DNA of 64,000 nucleotides from Rhodosorus marinus CCMP1338 (taxonomy: Eukaryota; Plantae; Rhodophyta): positions 682,001 to 746,000 of the forward strand of contig JAMWBK010000002.1 in the NCBI GenBank assembly GCA_029953675.1, written 5' to 3'. The position numbers and the translations under genes were made by a program. The notes below the pieces were generated by a model, which was given only the letters and a program-made list of their open reading frames with translations, did no database searches and was not told the origin of the DNA. The number at the start of each line of letters is the position of its first letter. Positions within the stretch are counted from its first letter, which is position 1. Positions 62,758-64,000 of this stretch are shown here, one piece after another.

Positions 62758-62916
62758 ATGCGACGCGGTTGGGTTGAGCAGGACGGGATTTGGTTTATGG
62801 GGCTGGTAGTTGGTGGAGTGAACTCGGCTGATTTAGGTACTTTTGTGGTTGACGAGAGACTTGCCTTGGCCAAGAACTTGGCGTTCTCTTTCGAAAGGAA
62901 GGAGGCATTCGGATAG
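62758..62916 (+). promoter_or_regulatory. Candidate 52-codon upstream ORF of SAM decarboxylase
   Basis: ATG 62758 to TAG 62916, ending 17 nt before the SAMDC ATG; MRRGWVEQDGIWFMGLVVGGVNSADLGTFVVDERLALAKNLAFSFERKEAFG. Confidence 0.45.
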
Positions 62917-62933
62917 CACGGTCATAAACGGAG

Positions 62934-64000
62934 ATGGCGCCGGTGCCACTTGAGCCTAAAGTATCTGGCGAGGTGAGTTGATTTACTTAAGAACTGGGTG
63001 AAGCAAGTTCTACGGACGGATCACGAACTGCTGGCTGACAGATCGTCAATTCGTTGAACCAGAATTTCTCGCAGACACCTACTATTTCTAACTCATCCGG
63101 GTTTGAGGGACCAGAGAAGAGGCTGGAGATATATTTTCGACCTGTGGATGACCTGACAAAGGTCATCGAGTTGACGGAGGGGCTTCGAACAGTTTCCAGG
63201 AATGAATGGACGGACATATTGCGCGATGCTCAATGCAGCATCTTGTCCGCAAAGAGCAACGATTATTTTGACTCTTATCTTCTGTCAGAAAGCTCCCTCT
63301 TCATTTTTTCCACGAAGTTTATGATTAAGACGTGTGGAACAACTACTCTGTTGAAAGTGGTGAGTAGTTTTCAAGATTTGAGCAGCGCATTGCGTTCAGT
63401 GAAACTCAACAACGGCTTTGGTGCTTCCTCTACAACAGATCCCGAGAGTTAATGCGGTTACTGAAAGGTTGGGCCTGGAGATGGACTATATGCAATATTC
63501 CCGTGCAAGCTTTACGTTTCCGTAAGCTGGTTGCACAATTGTGTTCGAATTACTGGAAAATTCGCTAAATGAAAATTCTCGCTGATCAATGTCTTAGGAA
63601 CCAGCAGCTGCACCCGCACACGTCGTTCCAGTCAGAAGTGGACTACTTAAACCGCTTCTTCAAAGGTGAATCGTACGTTCTCGGAACTCCGGACGGGGCT
63701 ACCAAGTGGCATCTCTATATTGCCGGAGATTGTCGAATCCCAACCAACGATCAAGGTTTTGAAATTTTCATGTTCGATCTGGACGAGCGTTGCATGAGTC
63801 ACTTTTTCAACGTGGACGCGGACGGAACGAAAAGGTTTGGCAGTGCTCACGGGGCCACCACGTCAGAAAATAGTGGAATCACTCGTATCATGTCCGAGGG
63901 ATCGATTCTGGACGCGTACAACTTTGAACCATGTGGCTACTCCATGAACGGACTTGAGAATAGCAGCTATTATACGATTCACATAACGCCGGAACCTCAG
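62934..64000 (+). CDS. SAMDC: S-adenosylmethionine decarboxylase proenzyme (3' end beyond the window)
   Basis: Exon 62934-62972 spliced in phase 0 to 63042; GFEGPEKRLE, DSYLLSESSLF pyruvoyl site, IKTCGTT, FEPCGYSMN, TIHITPE. Confidence 0.96.

Overview
Eukaryotic nuclear DNA, gene-dense, with many short GT-AG introns (about 50-150 nt). It is very probably from a unicellular red alga. This is inferred from a nuclear-encoded CpcS/CpeS-type phycobiliprotein lyase, a UhpC-type hexose-phosphate transporter and seven genes with Phe-motif (AF/GF) plastid transit peptides. The ORF track is mostly exon fragments and antisense shadows, so gene models were rebuilt by hand from splice phases. Recognisable genes, left to right: DUF177/YceD, an EMI1/C22orf39-like twin-CX9C protein, lycopene cyclase, SRP72, RPL13A, AHA1, TMBIM/LFG, ELM1, CpcS/CpeS lyase, a B3GNTL1/QTGAL-like GT2, LMW-PTP, EngB GTPase, ALG1, a 2OG-Fe(II) oxygenase, UhpC, UBC7/UBE2G, a plastid-targeted unknown-domain/DHAR-like GST fusion, a very long tail-anchored coiled-coil protein, an LRR/pseudo-receiver/PP2A-B'' fusion, ZNF207/BuGZ and SAM decarboxylase (cut by the window edge). 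The strongest leads are three unusual domain fusions (unknown domain+DHAR, LRR+pseudo-receiver+PP2A B'', UhpC+C-terminal Zn finger), a 52-codon uORF ending 17 nt before SAMDC, and an intron that splits the BuGZ GLEBS motif and has a competing acceptor. There are also three compact hairpins, a decayed 111-bp tandem duplication and a four-copy ACCCTGAAGC array. No rRNA, tRNA, CRISPR array or transposase was recognised. All family calls come from remembered motifs; no database search was run.
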